Source: Desulfatiglandales bacterium (GTDB lineage Bacteria; Desulfobacterota; DSM-4660; Desulfatiglandales; Desulfatiglandaceae). Taken from it: a stretch of DNA of 64,000 nucleotides. Below, in pieces: positions 20,706-31,503 of the stretch (its first letter is position 1; every line of letters begins with the position of its first letter). The stretch is from contig OY762721.1 in NCBI GenBank assembly GCA_963666345.1, positions 960,001 through 1,024,000 on the forward strand, written 5' to 3'. Position numbers and translations under genes: made by a program. The notes below the pieces were generated by a model that was not told where the DNA came from, did no database searches, and saw only the letters and a list, made by a program, of their open reading frames with translations.

Positions 20706-22184
20706 CTATGCCGCCGCGCACATGCAGTCAATTAGTTCGCTTACGTTAATGGTTGCTATGCCGCACCTAACATCAGACATGCCATAGGGAATGACCAGGT
20801 CGCTATTGTGGAAAATCGCGCCGCAGGTATAAACAACATTTGGGACATACCCCTCGCGCTCTTCCTCACGCGGTGCAAGTAACGGCTCTTCAAGGCGGGC
20901 GATGACTCTTGCCGGGTTTTCAAGATCGAGCAGCATGGCGCCGATACAATACTGCCGCATGGGTCCGACACCGTGGGTGAGCACGATCCAGCCTTTATCG
21001 GTCTCCAGGGGGGAGCCGCAGTTGCCGATCTGGATGAACTCCCAGGGACGTGTAGGCTCCTGGATGATTTTGGTCTCCTGCCAGAAATGGATATTGTCTG
21101 AGAACATGATATGATTATTTTCACCGTCCTGGCGGGAAAGCATAACGTAGCTGCCGTCAATTTTGCGCGGGAAAAGAGCCAGGCCCTTGTTTTTTACTGC
21201 TTTGCCGTTGAGCGTAATAACTTTAAATCTAATAAAATCCTTTGTTTCAATCAACTGAGGGAGTATGTTAAAGCCATTATACGCCGTATAGGTCGCATAA
21301 TAGGTCACTTCACCGTTGTCATCAAAAAATTGCACGAACCGGGCGTCTTCAATGCCGCCGCTTTCGTTTTTTGAAACGGGAAAGATGACCCGTTCGGATA
21401 TTTTGTAATCGGGTCGGAAACTCATCTCATAATTGGAGTTGGCAAGCCAGTACATGATCTCGAAGGTTCCGTTTTGGCGATCCTCAGAGAAAACGGGTCT
21501 TTCGCGAAGAGCTCCGATTTTTTCTTTTAATTCATTATAGGTGAAACCTTCCTGCAACTGGTCAAGAATATGCGCTGTTACCTCATTGCAGACCTCCATT
21601 TCATTGAGTTTCAGCTCGAAGAGATGCCGGTCGTAAACCGAATTTAAACGGACGTCAGGCCTCTCGACATAATCGCTGGTCGGGTCGAAGATAAACGTAT
21701 TGTCCCGATCAAGGACGCCGCTTCGAAATACAATAGAGGACACATGGCCTTCGCCGATTGCCCTCAGGCTCATGATAAAGCGCAAGCTGCCTTCGTCCAG
21801 ATCGCCTTGATCAGGGTGCAGGACGATGGAAGGGTTGAAAAGGGCGGCCGATTCTATGGAGTACTCCATGGTAAAATAGGCCCCGATGAGAGCCCTTTGA
21901 ACATCACTGAGCATTGCATCCCGGGGAACATGATCTCTTACCTCATTCAGGTTACGCTCAAAAATGCGTCTGATGTCTTTGTGCCGCTCTGAAAAATCAA
22001 GCATTATTTGTGCAAGGAGATCTTCGGCCGTAGTGTCAGGCAAGTCCAGTATGCGTTGAATGATTTTGGGTATGCGATTAACGCCGCTGGGAATATGAGG
22101 GCGGGATATAACGCGTGAAGTGTCTCCCCAAATTTTTATCTTTTTTCTTTTAACTTTTGAAATTAGATGATTTTTTTCTTGCAT
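20706..22184 (-). CDS. GH130-like glycosidase/phosphorylase, long form
   Basis: ALFNPS, GIEDARF, KNKGLALFP, LTHGVG, GYVPNVVYTCG. Confidence 0.82.
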   Translation of the reverse strand: MQEKNHLISKVKRKKIKIWGDTSRVISRPHIPSGVNRIPKIIQRILDLPDTTAEDLLAQIMLDFSERHKDIRRIFERNLNEVRDHVPRDAMLSDVQRALIGAYFTMEYSIESAALFNPSIVLHPDQGDLDEGSLRFIMSLRAIGEGHVSSIVFRSGVLDRDNTFIFDPTSDYVERPDVRLNSVYDRHLFELKLNEMEVCNEVTAHILDQLQEGFTYNELKEKIGALRERPVFSEDRQNGTFEIMYWLANSNYEMSFRPDYKISERVIFPVSKNESGGIEDARFVQFFDDNGEVTYYATYTAYNGFNILPQLIETKDFIRFKVITLNGKAVKNKGLALFPRKIDGSYVMLSRQDGENNHIMFSDNIHFWQETKIIQEPTRPWEFIQIGNCGSPLETDKGWIVLTHGVGPMRQYCIGAMLLDLENPARVIARLEEPLLAPREEEREGYVPNVVYTCGAIFHNSDLVIPYGMSDVRCGIATINVSELIDCMCAAA

Positions 22185-22303
22185 TTCATTGTGTCCTTAG
22201 TGTTGATAGCGTCGATTGATATTTAATACACGCCGTCTTAAGACCTTCAATTCCAGCCTGTCCTCGAAGTTGATCCGGTCTGCGATCATCCGGCAATTAT
22301 CAT

Positions 22304-23245
22304 CTAAAGCGGAGGCCGGGAAACCGAAAGGCAGAGCGCTACCAATTCATCAATTACGGCCGTACCGGCGCACATGACCGTATCCGCGCCGCCCCAGTAT
22401 ATTTTTACCGTCCCGTCTTCTTCCGGAACAGCACCGCAGGTAAAGACGACATTGGGCACATAGCCGCTTACCTCCCAGGGATCCTCAGGCTGCAATATCC
22501 ACTGATCGGAAACACCGATGATGTTGGCCGGGTCCTTAAGGTCATGCAGGGCCGCGCCTAGTCGATACACTGTCCCGGACATCGTCTTAAAAACGCCATG
22601 GTAAATATGAAGCCAGCCCTTGTCGGTTTTAAACGGCGGTGCGCCGGGCCCGATTTTCATTTCATCCCAGTGATACGCCACCGGCTTCATAATCACCCGG
22701 GAATCGCCCCAGTGCACCAGGTCGGGAGAATAGGAAATCCAGATAGACCAGGGTGAAATTTCCGAATGCGGCCGGTCCAGACGCACGTATCTGCCCTGGA
22801 ATTTCTCAGGGAAAATGACTACATTGCGGAGGTCGGCCTGGGTGATCAGCGCAATTCGTTCCACTTTTTCAAAATCACGAGTGCGCGCCAGGGCAATCCG
22901 CACGCCGTGACGGGAATAGGCGCTGTAGGTCAGCAGGTACTCTCCCTCAACAGGGCAAATTCTGAGGTCCTCGACCCCGAATGCTTCATATTCGGCAAAA
23001 ACATTGTCCGTTGAAGGTATAAGAAAGGGTTTGGGATGAACCGTAAAAGAAAAACCGTCCTCGCTGTCGGCCCTGCCGATGATGGAGCGCCCGTTCAGCA
23101 GATGCGACCTGAAAAGCATAATGTAACGATCGTTGTGTTTGACGATGCCGGCATTGTGAACTGTAGCTACCGGATACGGCACATCCCTCCTTGTCAGTAT
23201 AGGGTTTTCGTTAGAACGCTTTATAATTGGGGGATGCGTTTTCAT
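22304..23245 (-). CDS. GH130 glycoside phosphorylase/hydrolase
   Basis: NPIL, VHNAG, GVEDLRI, YHGV, GYVPNVVFTCG, YWGGAD. Confidence 0.88.
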   Translation of the reverse strand: MKTHPPIIKRSNENPILTRRDVPYPVATVHNAGIVKHNDRYIMLFRSHLLNGRSIIGRADSEDGFSFTVHPKPFLIPSTDNVFAEYEAFGVEDLRICPVEGEYLLTYSAYSRHGVRIALARTRDFEKVERIALITQADLRNVVIFPEKFQGRYVRLDRPHSEISPWSIWISYSPDLVHWGDSRVIMKPVAYHWDEMKIGPGAPPFKTDKGWLHIYHGVFKTMSGTVYRLGAALHDLKDPANIIGVSDQWILQPEDPWEVSGYVPNVVFTCGAVPEEDGTVKIYWGGADTVMCAGTAVIDELVALCLSVSRPPL

Positions 23246-24261
23246 AGTGGTCCGCCCTTTAGAATCATTTCATAGACTTGTATGTACTCATCGATCATGC
23301 GGTCGACCTTGAAATGACGTTCAACATGGCGACGACAGGTTGCGCGGTCAATCTCTTTAATGCGTGCAACAGTCTCAATGGCCTCGTCCACGTTGTTGAC
23401 CAAAAAACCGTTTTTGCCGTTTTCGATAAGTTCAGGCATGCTGCCCCTATCAAAGGCGATCGCTGGGGTACCGCAAGCCATGGACTCTATAATCGACAGT
23501 CCGAAAGGCTCGTTAAAATTTATGGAATGCAGAAGCGCGTATGCCTTGCCTAGCAGCTGGTTGCGCTGAACCGGCCCGACGCTGCCGACATAAATAACCA
23601 TGTCGTTGTCTATGTGAGGGGCGACATATCGGTCATAGTAACCCTGGTCCTGGATGATTCCCGCCAATATCAGCTTTTTATTGCAGGCCCTGGCAATTTC
23701 AAGGGCCTCTCTGGCACCCTTGTCATGGTGGATGCGCCCGAAAAAAAGCAAATAATCATCCGGTTCAGGCTGAAAATCAAACTGCTCGATATCAATTCCG
23801 TGATGGATGGTTTTGATATAATCAAGATCCGGCGATCGATCGGCATCGCTGATTGAAACATAGAACGCTTTGCCGTTGTATTTTTTGTAAACCGGCAGAA
23901 TCCCGGGCGATGAAAAGCCGTGAATGGTGGTCACTACCGGGGTGGTGGTAAGGCCGATATAGGTCAGAGGCAGGAAATCAAAATGGTTATGGATCATGTC
24001 GTATGCATCGGCATGCTCAAAGAGTTCCGAAATGTGCAGGCACTCCCATACTTTTGGTATGAGTGAGCGGTCTTCTTCATAACCCCGCGGGCAAACGGCA
24101 TGCAGTCTGCCGCCGGTCTGCGAATCCGCGGTTGCAAACAAGGTAACGTCATGACCGCGCGCTACCAGCCCCTCGGTTAATAGAGAGGTCACGTTTTCCC
24201 ACGGCCCGTAATGTCGCGGCGGTGTGCGCCAAGCAATGGGCGAGAGCATTGCGATATGCAT
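23242..24261 (-). CDS. Glycosyltransferase family 4
   Basis: PPRHYGPWE, FFGRIHHDKG, EPFGLSIIESMACGTP. Confidence 0.92.
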   Translation of the reverse strand: MHIAMLSPIAWRTPPRHYGPWENVTSLLTEGLVARGHDVTLFATADSQTGGRLHAVCPRGYEEDRSLIPKVWECLHISELFEHADAYDMIHNHFDFLPLTYIGLTTTPVVTTIHGFSSPGILPVYKKYNGKAFYVSISDADRSPDLDYIKTIHHGIDIEQFDFQPEPDDYLLFFGRIHHDKGAREALEIARACNKKLILAGIIQDQGYYDRYVAPHIDNDMVIYVGSVGPVQRNQLLGKAYALLHSINFNEPFGLSIIESMACGTPAIAFDRGSMPELIENGKNGFLVNNVDEAIETVARIKEIDRATCRRHVERHFKVDRMIDEYIQVYEMILKGGPL

Positions 24262-24343
24262 AGCTGATCCTTTTGTTAAATCGAGAGGTTTCTGTAATGA
24301 ATCATATCTTCAGTTTTTCCATGAAAGCATGCGGAGTGTCGTC

Positions 24344-25849
24344 TTACTTAAAATACCTCCTCATACCCTCAAGTACATCTATGCATGTTTTATTTATCTC
24401 TTTCACCCGCTGCCGGCTTCCCGCCTCATTGTAGCAACGAAATTCCGGAGCATTTCCTGATGGGCGCAGATGAACCACTTCGCTATTTTCAAAGGTAATC
24501 CGTACACCGTCGGTGTGATCAACTGAGGCAACCTTTCCGCACAGCGAGCCAAAGACATTTTCAATGTTTTTATTGTCTCGGCGGGCATCACCACTTGAAA
24601 AATGCGCAAGCATGACTGAGCTTTCTTCCAATGGAAAGTCCTTGATCCGGTCACTGGTTGTAAAACGCGCGGGCAGATCCGCAACCAGTTCTGATATTGT
24701 TTTACCGGCACTCTCTGCCAGTATCATTATCCCAATCTGCACTATAACAGCATCACGGGTAGGCAGTGCCTTCAAAGTTCTTCCATTTATTTCAATGGCA
24801 GAAGCGGTCAGAAATCCGCCATTTGCTTCATAGCCCACAACCGCCCCAAAGCCGGCATTTACGGCATCCAACATAGAGGCAATGACATATGGAGAGCCGA
24901 TTCGTGTTCTTCGTACCTCTTTAAAAAAACCGCTTTTTTCTGCTGCGCTGTTACAACTTACCGGTATATTGATCGAATCGGAACCAAGGAAATGTGCACA
25001 CAGGATCCCTGCAATGTCACCACGCAGCCACATCCCTTTTTCATCACTAATGAGCGGACGATCGCCGTCTCCATCGGTTGAAATTATGGCATCAAAACTG
25101 TACTGACGAACCCACTCTTTTGCCAGCATTTCATCTTCTTCCCTGATCGCCTCGGTATCGACAGGTATAAATTTTTCTGAAAATCCGAGCCTTGTAACCT
25201 CTGCCCCAAGGCCCTTGAAAATATTAAAAAGAAGATCCCGTCCCACTGCGGAATGCTGATAAAGACCAATTTTCTTACCGGATAGTGCAGTAGAAGAGAA
25301 AAAATTCAGATAACGCTGAACATACATTTCAGCCGCATCATCATTGACTGTCCAATTATCCGGACCGTTTCTATCAAGGAAGAGGCCATGTCTATCAAAT
25401 AGATCGTCATCGATAATTATCTGCTGTTGTTTGATCTTGGCCTCATCATCTTTTAATATTTCTCCTGTTGCAGTATTAAATTTTATACCATTGCGGTCTT
25501 CAGGGATATGACTGCCAGTCACCATAACCGTTGGAAATTTTTTCTCCAGGCCATATAATGCAATGGCTGGCGATGGGATTTTCCCGCAGTTTATAACTTC
25601 ATATTGCATGTCAAAGGCTGCACTTGCAACAGCTTTCATAATGCGATCAGTGCTGGGCCGAAGGTCGCCCGCAAGGGCAATTTTTTTCCCACTACCGGTG
25701 CCCTTGCCACTCTTTTTAATAAATTGCAAAAAACCACAAGTATAGGCATAGCAAATAAAATCGGTCATATGATCGGAAAGACCTCTTGCTCCACTTGTGC
25801 CAAACTTTATTCCGCTTTGAGTCATGAGATCTATTATTTTTATATTCAT
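24344..25849 (-). CDS. Phosphomannomutase/phosphoglucomutase
   Basis: FGTSGARG, TGSH, DGDGDR, GYEANG, RPSGN. Confidence 0.92.
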   Translation of the reverse strand: MNIKIIDLMTQSGIKFGTSGARGLSDHMTDFICYAYTCGFLQFIKKSGKGTGSGKKIALAGDLRPSTDRIMKAVASAAFDMQYEVINCGKIPSPAIALYGLEKKFPTVMVTGSHIPEDRNGIKFNTATGEILKDDEAKIKQQQIIIDDDLFDRHGLFLDRNGPDNWTVNDDAAEMYVQRYLNFFSSTALSGKKIGLYQHSAVGRDLLFNIFKGLGAEVTRLGFSEKFIPVDTEAIREEDEMLAKEWVRQYSFDAIISTDGDGDRPLISDEKGMWLRGDIAGILCAHFLGSDSINIPVSCNSAAEKSGFFKEVRRTRIGSPYVIASMLDAVNAGFGAVVGYEANGGFLTASAIEINGRTLKALPTRDAVIVQIGIMILAESAGKTISELVADLPARFTTSDRIKDFPLEESSVMLAHFSSGDARRDNKNIENVFGSLCGKVASVDHTDGVRITFENSEVVHLRPSGNAPEFRCYNEAGSRQRVKEINKTCIDVLEGMRRYFK

Positions 25850-25862
25850 TGTATTCCCTGAT

Positions 25863-28217
25863 TTATATTTGCTTCTGGGTCGATTGGGGGTTTCCATGCC
25901 GATCCCTTTGTTGGTCGGTTTTCCGTGACAAGGTCTGGTTTAAGACTTCGTCGGCATAAAGCTTCTGCAATGTCATCAGCGAAAGCAGCCAGGCAAGGGT
26001 GGACTCGGCGCCTTCATTCTGGTTGATGCCGTCCGCCATCAATCCGTCTCGGCAGCCGCCTGTCTTGGGATCATAGAGCGGCATATTCAGGTCATTGTGT
26101 CCGAGAAACCAGTTAAAGCACATGACCGCATTCTCAAACCATGTGTGGTCCCGGGTAACGATAAAAGCTTCGACACAGGCTTCAACCATGGCACTGGCTT
26201 CAAGGGGCTGCTGGTCGAAACGGGCTCTGGGGCCGTCTTTTTCATACCATCCGTTGCAGCCGATGGGCGCAAGGTGCTTGTCTTCGGTTTGGATGCTGAG
26301 CAGCCACTTGAGGGAGAGGAGCCCCATATCGATCATGTCATTGCGCTGCATCCGGTGGCCGCACAGCAGCAGGGCATGGGGCAGTTTGCCGTTCGCATAG
26401 TTTAGCGCGTTTTCAAGCCAGGGCCAATCGTCTGTTCCATTGGTTTTAAACTGATCAAAAAGCCTGTTGCCAAAGACTTCAAGGATCCTGCGCACAACGC
26501 TGTCTCCGGAAAATTTATCCAGGTAGGCATGCATGCCCACCAGTGAAAAAGCGATGGCGCGGGGTGAATAAAAATTCTCGACGGCCCTCAGTGCCTTTTT
26601 GAAAAGGGTTGTGCTCATTGCGAGATACCCTGGATCGTCAAGAAAAGCCACGGCTTTACCAAGGCACCAGAGCGCCCTGCCATGGGCATCCTCGGACCCG
26701 ACCTCCTCCGTCCACTGCCGCGAATAGGTCATGAAATTGCGGAACCGCCCATTTTTTTCATTATAGGCATACAGAAGAAATCCAAGATAATGACCGCTGA
26801 GAGTATTAAGTCCCAGGCCGTTCGTCGGCAGGTATTTTTGACCCATGGCGGCAGCCAGCAGCGCTCTGGCATTATCATCGGTGCAGTAGCCGTGGGTGCG
26901 ATCGGGAATGGTATAGTTGGCATGTTGCAACATGCCGGTATCATCGGTAAAGGCCTTGAGGTGATCAAGCTTGATCTCCGGGAGTTCGAATTTCGTGATG
27001 GCCTTGATATTTTCGACATAGGAATGACGGGGACGGGGGGTCAGGGTGCGGGTTTGCCGCACTTCACTGAAAACCTGGAGGTATTTTCGGGATACCTCCT
27101 TCCAGACTGCGTCGCGGCTGAACATATAGGCTTTCTTACGCATCGCGTGACGGTCCACATCGTTGTCCAGAAGATCGATGATTTGTTCCGCCATGGCATC
27201 CGGATTGTGGAAGGGTACAATTCGGCCCCGGTCTTCGGCAAGCATCTCGGTGGCATACCAGTACGGGGTTGAGATGATGGCTTTGCCTGTGCCCATGGCA
27301 TAGGCGAGTGTCCCGGAGGAAATCTGGGCTTCTTCAAGATAAGGGGTTACGTAGATATCGGCGATGCCTAAGAACTCACATAACTCTTTTAGTTCAACAA
27401 AACGATTTTGAAAAATGACATGCTCGCCGATATCGAGTTTGCGCACGAGCTGCTGCAGCATGATACGGTATGCATCTCCATGATTTTTCAAAATATTCGG
27501 ATGTGTTGCGCCCAGAATAATATAGACCACATCCGGGTGTTTTTTGATGACCGCCGGAAGCGCCTGCAATACATTTTCAATGCCCTTATTCGGGGAAAGC
27601 AGGCCGAATGTGAGCACCACCTTTTTGCCTTCCACGCCGAACTTGTCTTTATTGAAGCTGGGATCAATAAAAGGCGCATCCGGAATGCCGTGATGGATAA
27701 AAACAATTTTATCCTCGGGAACCCCATAGATATCTTTGAGTAAATCAAATGCCTTACGGCTTATCACCACCAGTTTATCGGACAGATCGGATAGCTTGCA
27801 CATGACGTCACGATATTCCGGCGCGGGGTCCTTCAGAACCGTGTGTAACGTAGTAACCACCGGCATGCGTAGATCAGCCAATAGTTTCAGCAGATGGCTG
27901 CCGGCCGGGCCGCCGAAAAGTCCGTATTCATGCTGAACGCAGACAATATCCGTCTGACTGATATTGAGAAATTGAGCCGCCACACTATAATCGATCAACT
28001 TGTTCTGGTTGATCTCAAAGCGCACCTTTTCCGGATATGGATATCCCTCGGGTTTGTCATTCATGGCGATCGTCCAGAAGTAAATATCCGGGGCTTCCGC
28101 TGATAAGCCTTCAACCAGATCCGTGGTGAAGGTTGCGATGCCGCACTGGCGGGGCAGATAGTTGCCGATTACGGCAACCGAGTCGATTCCCTCATAATGC
28201 TTAAAAACAGATGTCAT
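25863..28217 (-). CDS. GT4 glycosyltransferase fused to a C-terminal glycosidase-like domain
   Basis: PRQCGIATF, FGLLSPNKG, SGTLAYAM; C-terminal GYCTDDNARAL, FDQQP, GCRDGL, NEGAEST. Confidence 0.85.
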   Translation of the reverse strand: MTSVFKHYEGIDSVAVIGNYLPRQCGIATFTTDLVEGLSAEAPDIYFWTIAMNDKPEGYPYPEKVRFEINQNKLIDYSVAAQFLNISQTDIVCVQHEYGLFGGPAGSHLLKLLADLRMPVVTTLHTVLKDPAPEYRDVMCKLSDLSDKLVVISRKAFDLLKDIYGVPEDKIVFIHHGIPDAPFIDPSFNKDKFGVEGKKVVLTFGLLSPNKGIENVLQALPAVIKKHPDVVYIILGATHPNILKNHGDAYRIMLQQLVRKLDIGEHVIFQNRFVELKELCEFLGIADIYVTPYLEEAQISSGTLAYAMGTGKAIISTPYWYATEMLAEDRGRIVPFHNPDAMAEQIIDLLDNDVDRHAMRKKAYMFSRDAVWKEVSRKYLQVFSEVRQTRTLTPRPRHSYVENIKAITKFELPEIKLDHLKAFTDDTGMLQHANYTIPDRTHGYCTDDNARALLAAAMGQKYLPTNGLGLNTLSGHYLGFLLYAYNEKNGRFRNFMTYSRQWTEEVGSEDAHGRALWCLGKAVAFLDDPGYLAMSTTLFKKALRAVENFYSPRAIAFSLVGMHAYLDKFSGDSVVRRILEVFGNRLFDQFKTNGTDDWPWLENALNYANGKLPHALLLCGHRMQRNDMIDMGLLSLKWLLSIQTEDKHLAPIGCNGWYEKDGPRARFDQQPLEASAMVEACVEAFIVTRDHTWFENAVMCFNWFLGHNDLNMPLYDPKTGGCRDGLMADGINQNEGAESTLAWLLSLMTLQKLYADEVLNQTLSRKTDQQRDRHGNPQSTQKQI

Positions 28218-28247
28218 AACCACTACCTTTTTGTTTTATTTTTATCT

Positions 28248-28367
28248 TTAATTTTCATAAATCGATTTATTTTTGTCTTTTTTTTGTTTCCGCTTATCTT
28301 TTGCTGTTTGCTTGCCTTTTTTCTGTTCTTCTCGTTTGCCTTTATCTCTTTTTCCCTTGTCTCCCAT
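28248..28367 (-). CDS. 39-aa Lys/Arg-rich small protein
   Basis: AGAGGG RBS; MGDKGKRDKGKREEQKKGKQTAKDKRKQKKDKNKSIYEN. Confidence 0.6.
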   Translation of the reverse strand: MGDKGKRDKGKREEQKKGKQTAKDKRKQKKDKNKSIYEN

Positions 28368-28695
28368 TTTGCCCTCTTTTCGTTTTAAAAAATGGTTTTA
28401 TCCTGAGCCAGTACCTGACCGTTTTTCCAATATGAAGATCATTTCCCCGATATTTCCTTTCTGGTGGGTTCTCGTTTGGCATTTCATGAACTATTCAAGC
28501 CGGGGTTCTTCCATATTTATTGTGTCGATAGCGTTAAAGCCAATGTTAAAGAACATAACAAGCTCCACTATCGATTGACGGTGTGGAACCGGCTAAAAAT
28601 CTGCCACTCGATGAACTTTTCTAACGGTGAATCCATAATCATTCCTTTAAAATTGAAAAGAGCCCTAACCAGGGGCAAAAGCTTGCATTTCCAGT

Positions 28696-30510
28696 TCAAG
28701 GTGTCCCGGCGTTTATTTCTTCCGATATGGACTTCCCACCAGCCATTATTTCATCAATGTCGCTGCTGTCCAGTGTCTCTCTCTCCAGTAGCTCTTTGGC
28801 CATTCGTTCATGGATCTCCAGATTAGCTTTAATGAGCTGAAAGGCCTTTTCATAGGCACCCGTGACGATATCCCTAACGTCCTCATCAATCTTTTGGGCT
28901 GTCAACTCGCTGTAATCCCTGTGCTGGACAATCTCTCTCCCCAAGAATATCTGTTCCTCCTTTTTGCCAAAGGTCAAAGGACCCAGATTCTTACTCATAC
29001 CGTAACTGCAAACCATCTTTCTTGCCAGATTAGATGCTTTTTCAATATCGTCTCCTGTACCTGTTGTTTTTATGTCCAGGATTGCTTTTTCGGCAGCCCT
29101 GCCCCCCATCAATATGCGTATATTATTTATCAAGTAATCTTTGGGGTATGTGTGCTTTTCGTCCATCGGTAACTGCTGGGTCAAACCAAGGGAGCGCCCC
29201 CGGGGAATAATCGTCACCTTATGAATGGGATCTGTATTGGGAAGTAACCTGGCTACCAAGGTATGCCCTGCCTCATGACAGGCGGTTATCTTTTTCTCTT
29301 CATCGCTTATGATCATACTTTTCCGCTCAGCTCCCATCATGACCTTGTCCTTGGCATCTTCAAAGTCGACCATCTCCAAACTGTCCTTTCCGCGTCTGGC
29401 TGCCATTAGCGCAGCCTCATTCACCATATTTTCAATGTCAGCACCCGTAAACCCGGGTGTCCCTCTCGCAAGGACCTCGAGATCAACATTATTTGACAGG
29501 GGCGTTTTTCTGACATGGACTTTCAGGATACTTACCCTCCCCGTTATGTCGGGAACAGACACAACTACCTGCCTGTCGAATCGTCCGGGTCTCAATAAAG
29601 CGGGATCAAGCACATCGGGTCTGTTAGTCGCTGATATCAAAATGACGCCCTCATTGGATTCAAATCCGTCCATCTCCACAAGAAGCTGGTTGAGGGTCTG
29701 TTCTTTTTCATCATGTCCACCGCCCAGACCGGCACCCCTCTGGCGACCAACCGCATCTATCTCATCCATAAATATGATGCAGGGAGCATTTTTTTTGCCC
29801 TGCTTAAAGAGGTCCCTGACCCTTGAAGCACCAACACCTACAAACATCTCTACAAAATCCGATCCGCTTATGCTGAAAAAGGGAACACCCGCCACACCGG
29901 CTATTGCCCTTGCCAGTAGCGTCTTGCCTGTGCCTGGAACTCCCACAAGAAGAACACCTTTAGGTATTCTTCCCCCCAGACGGGTGAATTTTCCGGGATC
30001 GCGAAGAAAGTCCACGATTTCTCCCAGTTCTTCCTTGGCCTCATCGATACCCGCCACATCGTCAAAGGTGACTTTTCTCTGGGCATCACTCATTAGTCTT
30101 GCCTTGCTCTTCCCAAAGGATAGCGGATTTCCTCCCCCGCCCTGCATGCGCTGCATAAAAAATATCCAGACACCGACCAGTAACAGCATGGGAATCCAGG
30201 AGAGAAAGACATGGAATAATGAGGACCCTTCCGCAGGTTTTGCCGATATTTCAACCCCTTTGCTCTTTAGCAACTGAATAAGTATAGGATCTTCCGGGGC
30301 GAAGGTATTAAACGGTCCTTGCGCGCTCAGTCCTGATATGTTGTTCCCCTGTATAGTGACCTGCATGACACTTGAGTTCTCAACCATGCCTAAAAAATCA
30401 CTGTAACCGATAGAGACACTCTTTCCTGGTTGGTTGAATACCCAAAACAGCATGACCAGCATAGAACCGATTATGATAAAGACAGCAAGTTTTTTATGGG
30501 AGAGGTCCAA
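28696..30510 (-). CDS. ftsH: ATP-dependent zinc metalloprotease FtsH (copy 2)
   Basis: [29 protein letters not shown]. Start uncertain (TTG 30510). Confidence 0.95.
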   Translation of the reverse strand: MDLSHKKLAVFIIIGSMLVMLFWVFNQPGKSVSIGYSDFLGMVENSSVMQVTIQGNNISGLSAQGPFNTFAPEDPILIQLLKSKGVEISAKPAEGSSLFHVFLSWIPMLLLVGVWIFFMQRMQGGGGNPLSFGKSKARLMSDAQRKVTFDDVAGIDEAKEELGEIVDFLRDPGKFTRLGGRIPKGVLLVGVPGTGKTLLARAIAGVAGVPFFSISGSDFVEMFVGVGASRVRDLFKQGKKNAPCIIFMDEIDAVGRQRGAGLGGGHDEKEQTLNQLLVEMDGFESNEGVILISATNRPDVLDPALLRPGRFDRQVVVSVPDITGRVSILKVHVRKTPLSNNVDLEVLARGTPGFTGADIENMVNEAALMAARRGKDSLEMVDFEDAKDKVMMGAERKSMIISDEEKKITACHEAGHTLVARLLPNTDPIHKVTIIPRGRSLGLTQQLPMDEKHTYPKDYLINNIRILMGGRAAEKAILDIKTTGTGDDIEKASNLARKMVCSYGMSKNLGPLTFGKKEEQIFLGREIVQHRDYSELTAQKIDEDVRDIVTGAYEKAFQLIKANLEIHERMAKELLERETLDSSDIDEIMAGGKSISEEINAGTP

Positions 30511-30630
30511 TTTAATATATTCCTCATAAGATACATTTACATTTCCTCCTCTACGGCTGCGCGAGTGGCGTTGAGGCCATCCTCGGCACGGACAATTCAA
30601 CCCTAGATCATCTCTTCAAAGTGCCCCCGT

Positions 30631-31503
30631 TTATTCTTCTCCAAATGCGAAACGGGATATAAAATGGTTTATTTTTGATTTTCCCGGCGGCGCTAGTTCA
30701 GTGAGGGGCTCTTTGCTGATCTTTTCTCTGAAACGGCCGGCAAAAATGAATTCGGAAAGACCCTCGTAGAGGACCCCTATGGGCATCGTTTTGTCCCGGT
30801 CCAGAATTCTCTTAAGGGCAGCGCTTCTATCACTCGGATCATAATCATCACCCAATTTAATGATTTTTTCTTTATACCAGCCCAAAGGATGTGTGCCCCA
30901 GGTGATGCAGGGCTGGACGACATCCACATATGAGAGGCCCCTGTGCTTGACAGCCCGGACCAGGATCTCCTTCAAATGTTCAACGTCCCCTGCGAATCCT
31001 CTGGCCACAAAGGTGCATCCGTGTAAAATAGCAATAGCCGGCATGTTCAGGGGTGTAATTTCCACCCCACCGGTCTGCAACGTTCTCTTCTCCCCTGCCG
31101 GTGTTGTGGGGGATGCCTGTCCTTTGGTCAGGGCATATATCTCATTGTTATGGACCACCACCGTTATATCCGGATTTCGTCGAACTGCATGGAGAAAATG
31201 GTTGCCTCCTTCTCCGTAACAATCACCGTCTCCTGTCACAACGATGGTCGTCATTTTCGGATTGACCACATGAATGCCCAGTGCCACAGGGATAGCCCGA
31301 CCATGCAGGCCGTTAAAAAAGTTGCATTTCAAATAGTGGGGCAGCTTGGCAGCCTGCCCGATCCCCGATACGAAACACACCTCGTGGGGGGCCTTATGCA
31401 ATTGGGTAAGGGCCATTTTGAAGGCCTGCAAAATCCCGAAATTGGGACATCCTGCACACCATTGAATCTCAACTTCGTTTTCATAGGCTTCCATTTCGGG
31501 CAT
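30631..31503 (-). CDS. 2-oxoacid:ferredoxin oxidoreductase beta subunit
   Basis: WCAGCPN, LHGRA, GDGD...NN TPP motif, TKGQASPT, QPCIT. Confidence 0.92.
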   Translation of the reverse strand: MPEMEAYENEVEIQWCAGCPNFGILQAFKMALTQLHKAPHEVCFVSGIGQAAKLPHYLKCNFFNGLHGRAIPVALGIHVVNPKMTTIVVTGDGDCYGEGGNHFLHAVRRNPDITVVVHNNEIYALTKGQASPTTPAGEKRTLQTGGVEITPLNMPAIAILHGCTFVARGFAGDVEHLKEILVRAVKHRGLSYVDVVQPCITWGTHPLGWYKEKIIKLGDDYDPSDRSAALKRILDRDKTMPIGVLYEGLSEFIFAGRFREKISKEPLTELAPPGKSKINHFISRFAFGEE

